NCBI GenBank assembly: GCA_964590905.1
Contig: CAZPYU010000040.1
Location: forward strand, 1-48,569
Source of the DNA: an uncultured Thermoanaerobaculia bacterium
GTDB taxonomy: Bacteria > Acidobacteriota > Thermoanaerobaculia > Multivoradales > JAGPDF01
Length of the DNA: 48,569 nt
Direction: 5' to 3'
Below the pieces are notes generated by a model that saw nothing but the letters and a program-made list of their open reading frames with translations, did no database searches and was not told the origin of the DNA. Each line of letters starts with the position of its first letter. Positions within the stretch are counted from its first letter, which is position 1. The position numbers were made by a program, and so were the translations under genes. Of the stretch, positions 22,824 through 31,874 are shown piece after piece.

Positions 22824-23549
22824 ATGTCTGCCGACGTCTCGACGATCCTGGAGCGCCGAGCGGTCGCGCCGCTCGACGGCTCCTGGCGCCGCGCCCTCGG
22901 GTTCGCTTTCGGGCTGCACGGCCTGGTCTTGGTCGCGGCGCTCGTCGTTCCACGACTTCTCGCGGTCCCTCCGCGGCCGGTCGAGTTCGTCGAGGTACGG
23001 ATCGTTCCGGCGGTGCGGCTGGGGATCGAAAAGCCGCAGCCCGCGCCGCCGGTGCCCGAGGTCAAGAAGCCGGAACCGGTTGCCGAGCCCAAGCCGGAGA
23101 GCAAAGCGCCGGTGCTCCCTGATCCCAAGCTGCGGAAGAAGCCAGAGGCGGCGCGGCCGAAACCGGCCGACCCGAGGGCCGTCGCCCCGCCGACCGCACG
23201 GCCGGAAGTCGAAGGGTCGCCGAAGGGCGCCGCCGGCGGTCTCGCCCTGGGCAAACCGACTGCGACCTTCGATGCCCTCGACTTCACCTACGGGTACTAT
23301 GTCGATCAGATGCTCGCGATCATCGGCCGCAACTGGACGAGGCCCCCGGTCGGATCCGGAGTCGAGGCCACGATTCACTTCCGGATTCAGAAGGACGGTC
23401 GGCTGAGCGAAATCCGCATCGCCAGCTCCTCCGGAATCAACAGCTTCGATCTCGCGGCGCTGCGCGCCGTTCAAGCTTCGTCACCCTTGGCTCCGCTGCC
23501 AGGTGCCTTCCGCTCGAGCTCTCTCGGCGTCAACTTGATCGTCCGCTGA
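22824..23549 (+). CDS. tolA: TolA/TonB-like energy transducer (short)
   Basis: Single TM with SxxxH-like FAFGLHGL, Pro/Lys-rich linker, TonB/TolA C-domain (IGRNW, SSGINSFDLAALRAV). Confidence 0.75.
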   Translation: MSADVSTILERRAVAPLDGSWRRALGFAFGLHGLVLVAALVVPRLLAVPPRPVEFVEVRIVPAVRLGIEKPQPAPPVPEVKKPEPVAEPKPESKAPVLPDPKLRKKPEAARPKPADPRAVAPPTARPEVEGSPKGAAGGLALGKPTATFDALDFTYGYYVDQMLAIIGRNWTRPPVGSGVEATIHFRIQKDGRLSEIRIASSSGINSFDLAALRAVQASSPLAPLPGAFRSSSLGVNLIVR

Positions 23550-23563
23550 AGGGAGAGCCCTGA

Positions 23564-24922
23564 ATGAAACCGCATCTCCTGTCCACCGCTCCGCTCGTCT
23601 TCGTCGCGGCGGTGGCGCTCTCGGCCCAGATAACTCCGGTCGAGTCCGGCTCACCCCCGCCGCCAGCGGAAGGGATCACCGTGGTTCTCGAGCACGGCAA
23701 CCAGGCGTCGGTGGTCGACCTCGCCTTCCCGACCACCCCCGGGCTCTCTGCCCTCCCCGGCACCGCAGCCAACGCCGCCCGCGAGCTCGAGCAGACGCTG
23801 CGTCGAGATCTCGAGCGCACCGGCATCTTCCGCCTCCTCGGTCCCGCGGAGCTGGCGGTGCTGAGCCTTAGCGGCGATGTCGATCGCGACGCCGAGCAGT
23901 ATCGCTCGCTGGGGGCCTCGATGCTGATCTCGAACGAGATCAAGCTCGAAGGGGATCGCCTAGTGCTCGAAGGGCGACTCGTCGACCTCCCCAACCGCCA
24001 GACGATCGTCGGCAAGCGCTATCGCGGAACCTACGACCTCGCGCGCCGGATCGCGCATACCTTCGCCGACGAAATCGTCCTCTTCCTGGCTGCCAAGCGG
24101 GGCATTGCGATGACCTCGATCGCCTTCGCGTCCGATCGCGACGGCAGCTTGACGAAAGAGATCTACCTCATGGACTACGACGGCTACGACCAGCGCCGAG
24201 TCACCGCGCACAAGTCGACCTCGATGAGCCCGTCGTGGAGCGGACTGGGCGACACGCTGGCCTACGTCTCGTATTTCGGCGGCAAAGGGGCCGCCCTCTA
24301 CCTGGCAGACCTCGCCAGCGGGCGCAAGACGCCGCTGGTGGGAGAGGGGCCGCTCAACGTCTCGCCCTCGTTCTCGCCCGACGGGCGACAGATCGCCTTT
24401 ACCCGTGCCCTCGGCGCCAATATCGAGGTCTTCGTCGCTCACCGGGACGGTTCCAACGTCCGGCGGCTGACCAACTCGGGCGGCATCGACACCAACCCGG
24501 CCTTCAGCCCCTCGGGTCAGGAGATCGCTTTCACCTCCAGCCGTTCCGGCACGCCGCAGCTCTACGTCATGGACATCGAGGGTGCCAACGTCCGCCGCGT
24601 GACGTTCGCGGGCGAGTACAACGACGGCGCCTCCTGGAGCCCCGACGGCACCCGGTTGGCCTACGCCACCCGGGTCGAGCGCAATCGGTTCGACTTGGCG
24701 CTAGTCGACCTGGTGTCGCTCGCCGCTCGGCGCCTGACCTCGAGCGGCGGCTCGAACGAGACTCCCAGCTTCTCGCCGGATGGCCGCAAGATCGCCTTCG
24801 CTTCGACCCGCGCCGGCGGCACCCAGATCTTCATCCTCGATGCGGCGGACGGCTCCGACGTGGAGCAGCTGACCTCCCAGGGGAGCAGCTGGGCGCCCGA
24901 CTGGTCGGGCTATCTGCGTTGA
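23564..24922 (+). CDS. tolB: Tol-Pal periplasmic protein TolB
   Basis: TolB N-domain (AHTFADEI) plus WD40-like/PD40 repeats (PSFSPDGRQIAF, PAFSPSGQEIAF, SWSPDG). Confidence 0.93.
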   Translation: MKPHLLSTAPLVFVAAVALSAQITPVESGSPPPPAEGITVVLEHGNQASVVDLAFPTTPGLSALPGTAANAARELEQTLRRDLERTGIFRLLGPAELAVLSLSGDVDRDAEQYRSLGASMLISNEIKLEGDRLVLEGRLVDLPNRQTIVGKRYRGTYDLARRIAHTFADEIVLFLAAKRGIAMTSIAFASDRDGSLTKEIYLMDYDGYDQRRVTAHKSTSMSPSWSGLGDTLAYVSYFGGKGAALYLADLASGRKTPLVGEGPLNVSPSFSPDGRQIAFTRALGANIEVFVAHRDGSNVRRLTNSGGIDTNPAFSPSGQEIAFTSSRSGTPQLYVMDIEGANVRRVTFAGEYNDGASWSPDGTRLAYATRVERNRFDLALVDLVSLAARRLTSSGGSNETPSFSPDGRKIAFASTRAGGTQIFILDAADGSDVEQLTSQGSSWAPDWSGYLR

Positions 24923-24937
24923 ATGTCGAGGACGGCG

Positions 24938-24966
24938 TTGTTCGGAGCAAACGACTCTGCTATGTT
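24938..24966 (+). promoter_or_regulatory. Internal promoter for pal-cpoB
   Basis: TTGTTC - 17 bp - TATGTT with extended TG; SD AAGGAG before ATG 25021. Confidence 0.55.
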
Positions 24967-25020
24967 CGCCCTCGGGCCGATGAATGTAATCGGCGGACAC
25001 CCTGACGAAGGAGATTCGAA

Positions 25021-25596
25021 ATGAATCGCACCCGGACGACCCTCTGGCTCGCCACAGTTGCTCTCTCGGTTCTGCTTCCCGCCTGCTCGAATAAAGCGCG
25101 CGAGAGTCCGCCCTCCATTCCACAGCCCTCGGTGAGACCGGTGACCCCAACAGTGGATGTTCGACCGAGTGCCACCGGGGCCGCTAGCGACACCGCTGCC
25201 GGCGCCATGCCTCGCGACATCAAGGAGCTCAACGACTGGGCGATGAAAAACGGCTTCTTGGGCGACGTCTACTTCGAGTTCGACAGGGCCGATCTGACCG
25301 AGGATTCGCGCGGACGGCTGGCCAAGAATTCGGACTGGCTTCGCTCGAATCCTGTGCTCCAGGTCACGATCGAAGGGCATTGCGACGAGCGCGGCACGAA
25401 CGACTACAACTTGGCGCTCGGCCAGCGGAGGGCGGCGGCGGCGCAAGACTACGTGACCTCCCTGGGTGTCACTGGCGGCCGGATCTCGGCGCAGAGCTGG
25501 GGCGAGGAGCGTCCGCAGTGTAACGAGTCGAGCGAGGGCTGTTGGGCCCGCAACCGGCGCGCGCACTTCGTGATCACCGCTCGGATCGGTGGCTGA
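25021..25596 (+). CDS. pal: Peptidoglycan-associated lipoprotein
   Basis: Lipobox LPAC, VYFEFD, IEGHCDERGTNDYNLALGQRRA, SWGEERP, NRRA. Confidence 0.96.
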   Translation: MNRTRTTLWLATVALSVLLPACSNKARESPPSIPQPSVRPVTPTVDVRPSATGAASDTAAGAMPRDIKELNDWAMKNGFLGDVYFEFDRADLTEDSRGRLAKNSDWLRSNPVLQVTIEGHCDERGTNDYNLALGQRRAAAAQDYVTSLGVTGGRISAQSWGEERPQCNESSEGCWARNRRAHFVITARIGG

Positions 25597-25615
25597 GCGC
25601 TCGCGACCGAGCGGA

Positions 25616-26425
25616 ATGAGCCGGCGTCGATCGCGTTCCGGTGTAGGGCTCTCGCTGCTCACAGTTCCGCTGTTGCTCGCCGGCTGTGTTTCGACGAGTG
25701 ACATCGACAGTTTGAGCGCGCAGTTGACCGAGCTGCAGCGCCAAGTGCAGCAGCTGCAGATCCAGGGTTCGAGTAAGGAAGAGGTCGCAGGGCTCAAGTC
25801 GACGGTCCAGCAGCAGACCGACCGGCTGCTCAAGGCCGAGGCCGATATGCGTGTCGACCTCCACAGTCTGTCTGGGCAGCTGAGCGCGCTTCAGGGCAGC
25901 CTCGAAGACACCAACTATCGTCTCGCCCAGCTCTCGCAACAGATCGCCGCGGCCAATCAAGATCTCAAGGCGGTACGCAGCGCCACCGCGCCGCTCGGTT
26001 CTCTCGACGCCGGCGCGGCGGGGACTTCAGCCGATCCGGAGACGCTCTACCAGAACGCCTACAGCGACTATCTGCGTGGCGCCTACGACCTGGCACTGCT
26101 CGGCTTCCGGCAGTATCTCGAGTCGTACTCCGAGACCGATCTCGCCGACAACGCGGTTTACTGGATCGGGGAGTGCTTCTATCGCCAGCAGCGTTTCGCG
26201 GAAGCGATCGTCGAGTACGATCGGGTGCTCGAGCGCTGGCCACGCAGCGACAAGACGGCGAGCGCGCTACTCAAGAAGGGCTACGCACAGGTCGAGCTGG
26301 GACAGCGCCGCGACGGAATCGCTCAGCTCGACAAGGTAGTGAGGAGCTTCCCCAACTCCGACGAGGCCAACTTGGCGCGTCAGAAGCTCCAGAGCCTCGG
26401 AGTTGATTCGCGCACGCCGCGCTAG
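25616..26425 (+). CDS. cpoB: Tol-Pal associated TPR/coiled-coil protein CpoB (YbgF), lipoprotein-type
   Basis: LLAGC lipobox, N-terminal coiled coil, TPRs (LYQNAYSDYLRG, ADNAVYWIGECFY, ALLKKG); follows pal; alternative start GTG 25589. Confidence 0.88.
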   Translation: MSRRRSRSGVGLSLLTVPLLLAGCVSTSDIDSLSAQLTELQRQVQQLQIQGSSKEEVAGLKSTVQQQTDRLLKAEADMRVDLHSLSGQLSALQGSLEDTNYRLAQLSQQIAAANQDLKAVRSATAPLGSLDAGAAGTSADPETLYQNAYSDYLRGAYDLALLGFRQYLESYSETDLADNAVYWIGECFYRQQRFAEAIVEYDRVLERWPRSDKTASALLKKGYAQVELGQRRDGIAQLDKVVRSFPNSDEANLARQKLQSLGVDSRTPR

Positions 26426-26431
26426 TACGAT
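26403..26431 (+). promoter_or_regulatory. Sigma70-type promoter for rpsT
   Basis: TTGATT - 17 bp - TACGAT. Confidence 0.6.
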
Positions 26432-26476
26432 CTCCCCGTCGCTCGCAGGATCCGCAAACCCGAGAAGGAAGCACTC

Positions 26477-26746
26477 ATGGCGAATACGAAGTCGGCGCGC
26501 AAGCGCGCCCTGAAGTCCGAAGCCCAGCGCAAGAAGAACCGCGCCAGCCGATCGGCTCTGCGCACCGCGGTCAAGAAGGCGCGGCGGGCGATCGCCGCCG
26601 CTGACGAGGGGACAGCCCAAGCGGTCACCTCAGCGGTCTCGAAGATCGACGCCTCGGCGAGCAAACGCCTCATCCACCGCAACACCGCGGCGCGCACCAA
26701 GTCCCGCCTTGCCGCCGCAGTGCGCAAAGCGACCTTGGGGGGCTGA
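26477..26746 (+). CDS. rpsT: 30S ribosomal protein S20
   Basis: MANTKSARKRA...RSALRTAVKK...IHRNTAARTKSRL. Confidence 0.98.
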   Translation: MANTKSARKRALKSEAQRKKNRASRSALRTAVKKARRAIAAADEGTAQAVTSAVSKIDASASKRLIHRNTAARTKSRLAAAVRKATLGG

Positions 26747-26767
26747 GAGGCTCTCCGAGGCTGGAGC

Positions 26768-27283
26768 TCAGAACCCTTCGAGCAGGTCGGTGACCATGGT
26801 CTCGGCGAAGCGTTTGGCGGCGGTCTCGATGGCTGGAGTCTCGCGGTCGAGGAAGCCGAGCTCGGAGGCGTCCAAGGGAAAGCTGTCGCGGAACTGGTAG
26901 CGGTCGTTCTGCCAGAGGACGGCGTCGGGCGAGAGTCGTCGCAGGCCGACCTTGGCGGTCAGCGAGATCTCGAATTCGACGCCGCGACGATCGCTGTCGA
27001 AGCGTACCGGCTCGACGTTGAAGCTGGTCACCGTGCCCGCCAGCTCCGCGTCGGCTTCCGCGGCCGAGGCAACGATCGCGAAGCTCTGACGGTTCACCAG
27101 CTCGTCCGCCAGAGCCTGGGTCAAGATCTGGTCGACGCGCACTCGTGAGGTCTCGTTCTCGAACGGCTTCAGGTAGACGCGCTTGACGTCGGCCGGAATG
27201 TTCGCTCCGCGCCCGACCAGGGCGTAGCCGCAGCTCAGCGTGAATAGCGCCACGCACGCGAGTCGAATCAGGTTGCGTCTCAA
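26768..27283 (-). CDS. lptE: LPS assembly lipoprotein LptE
   Basis: Lipobox then CGYALVG (LptE CGY/F motif), PFENET; overlaps the leuS stop. Confidence 0.85.
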   Translation of the reverse strand: MRRNLIRLACVALFTLSCGYALVGRGANIPADVKRVYLKPFENETSRVRVDQILTQALADELVNRQSFAIVASAAEADAELAGTVTSFNVEPVRFDSDRRGVEFEISLTAKVGLRRLSPDAVLWQNDRYQFRDSFPLDASELGFLDRETPAIETAAKRFAETMVTDLLEGF

Positions 27284-29757
27284 GCGCTCTCCCTCTTGGT
27301 CACCAGGTTAACCAGTCGGCCAGGAACGACGACCGTGCGCGCTACCGGCCGCCCGGCGAGATGCTCGGCAACTCTCGGGCTTGCCAGCACGACGCTCTTG
27401 ATTTCGCTCTCGGCGGCGTCGGCGTCGACCTCCACCCGATCTCGGAGCTTGCCATCCACCTGCACCACCAGCGTAATCCGCGCCCGTTTGAGCTTCGCCT
27501 CGTCGAGCTGCGGCCAGTCGCTCTCGAGCAGGGTAGTTAGGTGGCCGCGACGCTCCCAGAGCTCCTCCGTCAGATGAGGCGCTACCGGATGCAGGAGTTG
27601 AAGGAGCAAGTCCAGCGTCGCATCGCAGCGCTGCCGCGAGGCCGTCTTCTCGTCGAGCGCGCGCTGTAGACCGTTCAAGAGCTCCATCAGAGCCGCCACC
27701 GCGGTGTTGAACTTGAAGCGCTCGAAGTCACGCGTCACGCGCTGCACGGTGACCTGCGCCAGCCGCTCGAGCTCGGCGTCGGAAGGCGCCACCGGCGGCG
27801 CCTCACCAACCCGCTCGGCCACCCGCCAGAGCCGCTGCAGAAAGCGGTACGCCCCCTGCACGGCCTCGTCGTTCCACTCCACCTCGTCTTCGGGCGGACC
27901 CAGGAAGAGGGTGTATACCCGCTCGGTGTCGGCGCCCATCGCGTCGATGAGCTCGTCGGGCGAGACGGTGTTCCCCTTGCGCTTCGACATCTTCTCCTTG
28001 CGTCCCGTCGCCGCGACCTCGCGCGTGACCATCCCCTGGTTGAACAGGTGGGTGAATGGCTCCTCGAAGCCGACGAGGCCGAAATCGTGCAGCACGCGGC
28101 AGACGAAGCGCGCGTAAAGAAGATGCAGAAGCGCGTGCTCGATGCCGCCGATGTACTGATCGATCGGGGCCCAGCGGCGCGCGAGCTCGGGATCGAAGAT
28201 GCGGGTCGAGTCCTTGGACGAGAGAAAACGGAGGTAGTACCAGGAGCTGTCGACGAAGGTGTCCATGGTGTCGGTCTCGCGGCGCGCCGGCAGGCCGCAG
28301 GACGGACAGTTGGTCTCGACGAACTTCGTCACGCGCGCAAGCGGATTTCCTTCGCGCCCCGAGAGCTCGACTTCGTACGGCAGCTCGACCGGGAGCTGTG
28401 CGTCGGGGACAGGCACGATGCCGCACTTCTCGCAGTAGACGACCGGAATCGGCGTGCCCCAGTAGCGCTGGCGGGAGATCAGCCAGTCGCGGAGTCGGTA
28501 CGACACCTTGCCGCGGCCGAACCCTCGGGCCTCGAGCCAATCTATGAAGAGGCGCTTCGTCGTTTGGTCGGCGGAGCGCCCGTCGAAGACGCCAGTGCCC
28601 TGAATCGTGCCGCTGTGGGGATCGGCGACAGTCATCGTTTCGGGGTCGAGAGCGTAGCTCTCCGCAACGTAGACGAGCTTCACAGCGAGCCCTTCCTGGC
28701 GAGCGAAGTCGAGGTCGCGCTGGTCGTGCGCCGGCACGGCCATGATGGCGCCGGTGCCGTAGTCGGGCAGCACGTAGCTCGCGATCCAGATCGGAATCGA
28801 CTCGCCGGTGGCGGGATTGATCGCCTGCGCCGTGGTCGGATAGCCCTCCTTCCGCCCCCCCTCAGCCTCGCGTTCGATGCGCGCCGTGGTGCGGACCTTG
28901 CTGATCCAAGTGGCGATCTCCGTCCGCGCCGGCGAGCCGGCCAGGAGATCGTCGACGCGCGGATGCTCCGGCGCCAGGACCAAGAAGGTGGCGCCGTGGA
29001 TGGTGTCGGGTCGGGTCGTGAACACTCTGATCGGCTCCCGGCCCGATTCGACCGCAAAGTCGATCTCGGCGCCTTCGGAGCGGCCGATCCAGTTGCGCTG
29101 CATGGTCTTGACCTTCTCAGGCCAACCCGAGAGCGTGTCGAGACCGGCCAGGAGTCGATCAGCGTGCGCTGTGATGCGCAGAAACCATTGCTCGAGCTCC
29201 CGCTGCTCCACCGTTGTGCCGCAGCGCTCGCAGGCGCCCTCGACCACCTGCTCGTTGGCGAGCACCGTGCGACAGCTCGGGCACCAGCTGACCGGCGCCT
29301 TGCGCTTGTATGCCAGCCCGCGCTCGAGCATGCGCAGGAAGAGCCACTGATTCCAGCGGTAGTAGTCGGGTTGACAGGAGGCGATCTCCTTCGACCAGTC
29401 GTACAAGATCCCCCAGCGCCGGAACTGCCGCTTCATGACGCGGATGTTCTCGAGCGTCCAGTCGCGCGGGTGCACGCCGCGTTGAATGGCGGCGTTCTCG
29501 GCCGGCAAACCGAAGGCGTCCCAACCCATCGGATTGAAGGCGCGGCGACCGCGCATCCGCAAGTAGCGATAGAGCGCGTCGCCCAGGATGTAGTTGCGCC
29601 CGTGTCCGACGTGCAGACGATCGCCTGACGGGTAGGGAAACATCATGAGCATGTAGTACTTGTCGCGCCCCGAGCGGAGGTCGACCTCGGCGGCGCGACT
29701 CTTCTCCCAGCGGTCCTGCCACTTGGCTTCGACGGCGCGATGGTCGTAGGCGCTCAA
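27280..29757 (-). CDS. leuS: Leucine--tRNA ligase
   Basis: FPYPSGDRLHVGH (HIGH), MGWDAFGLPAENAA, RLRDWLISRQRYWGTPIP, DTMDTFVDSSWY, YIGGIEHA, KMSKR. Confidence 0.97.
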   Translation of the reverse strand: MSAYDHRAVEAKWQDRWEKSRAAEVDLRSGRDKYYMLMMFPYPSGDRLHVGHGRNYILGDALYRYLRMRGRRAFNPMGWDAFGLPAENAAIQRGVHPRDWTLENIRVMKRQFRRWGILYDWSKEIASCQPDYYRWNQWLFLRMLERGLAYKRKAPVSWCPSCRTVLANEQVVEGACERCGTTVEQRELEQWFLRITAHADRLLAGLDTLSGWPEKVKTMQRNWIGRSEGAEIDFAVESGREPIRVFTTRPDTIHGATFLVLAPEHPRVDDLLAGSPARTEIATWISKVRTTARIEREAEGGRKEGYPTTAQAINPATGESIPIWIASYVLPDYGTGAIMAVPAHDQRDLDFARQEGLAVKLVYVAESYALDPETMTVADPHSGTIQGTGVFDGRSADQTTKRLFIDWLEARGFGRGKVSYRLRDWLISRQRYWGTPIPVVYCEKCGIVPVPDAQLPVELPYEVELSGREGNPLARVTKFVETNCPSCGLPARRETDTMDTFVDSSWYYLRFLSSKDSTRIFDPELARRWAPIDQYIGGIEHALLHLLYARFVCRVLHDFGLVGFEEPFTHLFNQGMVTREVAATGRKEKMSKRKGNTVSPDELIDAMGADTERVYTLFLGPPEDEVEWNDEAVQGAYRFLQRLWRVAERVGEAPPVAPSDAELERLAQVTVQRVTRDFERFKFNTAVAALMELLNGLQRALDEKTASRQRCDATLDLLLQLLHPVAPHLTEELWERRGHLTTLLESDWPQLDEAKLKRARITLVVQVDGKLRDRVEVDADAAESEIKSVVLASPRVAEHLAGRPVARTVVVPGRLVNLVTKRESA

Positions 29758-30761
29758 GGTGACCCACCCGAAAGGAGCCGCGTGCCGATCCTCGGAATCA
29801 ACAGCTCGGCCAAGACTGGCGCTCGAAAGACGAGCGCCTTGTGCGCCGCGAGCCTTCCCTCGGAGGTAACTCGGAGCTCGTAGCGACCAGGTGCCAGCCC
29901 TAGAAAGCTGCCGCGCCCGTCCGCGATGCGAACCGCGCGCTGGACACCCTCCCCCACGAGCAACGCGTCACCAGAACCCGTGGCCTCGAGACGAACTACG
30001 AGCGCCGCCGAGTGTCTCGTCGCGTCGTTCGGACGTGCCCGGACGCGGCTCGGAGCTGCCGGTGCCAAGTCGATCTCGTCGATCTCGTTGCGCCGCTCGA
30101 GCAGGCGTCCAACCCCGGGAGCGTCGGCGAGGCGCTCTTCGGCAAGCCGCACGTACGTCGCCGGCACGAAGTGGAAGGAGGCGTGCGGGTCGCTGAACAC
30201 CCACCCATGTCCCGGGAAGTGGACCTCGACCCAGCGATGAAAACCGGCCCTCGGTCCGGCGGGATGGTCCTCGACGAGGTAGCCCGGCACCTCGCGCGCT
30301 TCGATTCCGACCGCAGCGAGGAGCGCCACGGTGAGCTTGGCGGTGCCGGTGCAGTAAGCGCTGCGCCGCGCCATAACCTGCGCGGGCTCCTGCGAACGGC
30401 CGCGATCTAGATCGTAGCGGATGTTGACGGCTACCCAGCTCAAGATTCGCGAGGCGGCGTCGTAGAGATCGCTCGACCCAGTCACTACTTCGCGTGCCAC
30501 CCGTTCGAGGCGCGATCCGCCGTCGCGCTTTGGCAGCTCGAACGGTACGCGACGCTGAAGCGGCGACAAGTCGACTTCGATCTCCACGGCGCCATCGACG
30601 AACCGCACCTCGTAACCCAAGTTGCGATACGGCTCGACGACGGCGCCCGACGGCGGGAGGAGCCGAGTCAGATCGCGCCCAGCGACGACCCGCCCGCCGG
30701 CGAAAGCCGCCGAAGCCGCGAGGAAGAGGGTCGCGAAACAGGCGAGTCGAACCGCCTTCAC
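29754..30761 (-). CDS. Secreted transglutaminase-like domain protein
   Basis: Signal peptide ending AAFA; catalytic-triad pattern AYCTGTAKL (C), FHRWVEV (H), VFSDP (D); also WVAVNIRYD. Confidence 0.8.
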   Translation of the reverse strand: MKAVRLACFATLFLAASAAFAGGRVVAGRDLTRLLPPSGAVVEPYRNLGYEVRFVDGAVEIEVDLSPLQRRVPFELPKRDGGSRLERVAREVVTGSSDLYDAASRILSWVAVNIRYDLDRGRSQEPAQVMARRSAYCTGTAKLTVALLAAVGIEAREVPGYLVEDHPAGPRAGFHRWVEVHFPGHGWVFSDPHASFHFVPATYVRLAEERLADAPGVGRLLERRNEIDEIDLAPAAPSRVRARPNDATRHSAALVVRLEATGSGDALLVGEGVQRAVRIADGRGSFLGLAPGRYELRVTSEGRLAAHKALVFRAPVLAELLIPRIGTRLLSGGSP

Positions 30762-31312
30762 CGCGCCAGCTCTCCTTCGCTACCCTTCATCATCCCGTCC
30801 AGGAGACCGTTGACGAATCGACCCGACTGCTCCGAGCCGAAGCGCTTGGCGAGCTCGACGGCCTCGTCGACCACGACCAGCTTGGGAACGTCTCTCTCCC
30901 AAAAGAGCTCGTACACGGCCAGTCGCAGAATGTTGCGATCGACGGCGGGCATCCGCTCGAGCCGCCAGTTGTCGGCTCGGTCGCGAATTAGTGCGTCGAT
31001 CTGCTCCTGCCGCTCGACCGCGCCGTGCACCAGGCCGCAGGCGTACTCGAAGGCTCGCCTCGCCTCGAGAAGTCGGTCGGCGGGAACCCCAGGAAGGGTC
31101 CGTTCGAGATTCGCCGCTCCGCCTCCGCCCCCCTGCCCGAGATAGTCGAGAACGTCGAACGACGAGAAGACCTCGCGCAGCGGGCTTCCTCCGATCTCCA
31201 CCTGATAGAGCATCTGCAGCGCCATCTCGCGCGACATGTGGCGCTTGCCGGAGCCCTTTGCTGCCGCTCGCGCGTTGCCCGACTCGACCGTCGCCGCTTC
31301 GCCGGTTTCCAA
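30758..31312 (-). CDS. nusB: Transcription antitermination factor NusB
   Basis: RHMSREMALQMLYQ, NWRLERMPAVDRNILRLA, VDEAVELAKRF, FVNGLLD. Start set at TTG 31312 after GAGG (track start 31408 overlaps ribH). Confidence 0.93.
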   Translation of the reverse strand: METGEAATVESGNARAAAKGSGKRHMSREMALQMLYQVEIGGSPLREVFSSFDVLDYLGQGGGGGAANLERTLPGVPADRLLEARRAFEYACGLVHGAVERQEQIDALIRDRADNWRLERMPAVDRNILRLAVYELFWERDVPKLVVVDEAVELAKRFGSEQSGRFVNGLLDGMMKGSEGELAR

Positions 31313-31319
31313 TTCGGCC

Positions 31320-31802
31320 TCAGGCTCGGCAGCGCTCGAACTCGCGAGCGGTGGCGACCGCCGCTGCTGCCGCCTCAGAGCCCTTGTCGCCCGAGCTGCC
31401 GCCGGCACGCGCCAGGGCCTGCTCCAGCGTGTCGCAGGTCAGAACGCCGAAACCGACCGGAAGGGCGTGACGCAGCGAGACCGCTGCGGCGCCGCGGCTG
31501 CACTCCCCCGCCACGTAGTCGAAATGCCGGGTCTCCCCCCGGATGACGGCCCCGAGAGCCACCAGAGCCTGCAGGTCGCCACGTCGCGCCAAGACCTCGA
31601 GAGCGGCGGGGATCTCCCAGGCGCCCGGAACCCGCACGACGACCCGATCCGCCGGATCGACTTGCAGCGCGTCGAGCGCCGCGAGCGCGCCCTCGAGGAG
31701 CCGGTCCGTCACCGCGCCGTTGAATCGCGAAGCGACCACCCCCACCCGCAGCCCGGCGCCGGAGACAGGTGCGGCTTCAGGGCGCAGAGTGCTCATCTTC
31801 AA
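31320..31802 (-). CDS. ribH: 6,7-dimethyl-8-ribityllumazine synthase
   Basis: VASRFN, VPGAWEIP, LGAVIRGETRHFDYVAGE, PVGFGVLTCD, KGSEAA. Confidence 0.97.
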   Translation of the reverse strand: MKMSTLRPEAAPVSGAGLRVGVVASRFNGAVTDRLLEGALAALDALQVDPADRVVVRVPGAWEIPAALEVLARRGDLQALVALGAVIRGETRHFDYVAGECSRGAAAVSLRHALPVGFGVLTCDTLEQALARAGGSSGDKGSEAAAAAVATAREFERCRA

Positions 31803-31874
31803 AGAGTTCCGTACTACGCCGCGAGTCTAGCCCAATCCCCACGCCGCAGGGCGCAGCGAGCGTTCGCGAACGCC

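Noticed and set aside
28048-29628. Long antisense or alternate-frame ORFs (for example 28048-29628, 14941-16509, 13262-14617, 40726-42471, 46529-48139, 7287-8336, 33435-34886)
   Set aside because: These are shadows of well-supported genes in high-GC DNA. They are Arg/Ala/Pro-rich with no recognisable motifs.
31081-31170. Gly-rich insertion in NusB (GQGGGGGAANLERTLPG)
   Set aside because: It lies in a region of variable length between helices and is probably a neutral loop expansion.
31860-31873. Perfect 14-bp palindrome GCGTTCGCGAACGC
   Set aside because: It follows a stop codon directly and is most simply a U-less terminator hairpin or a chance GC-rich palindrome.
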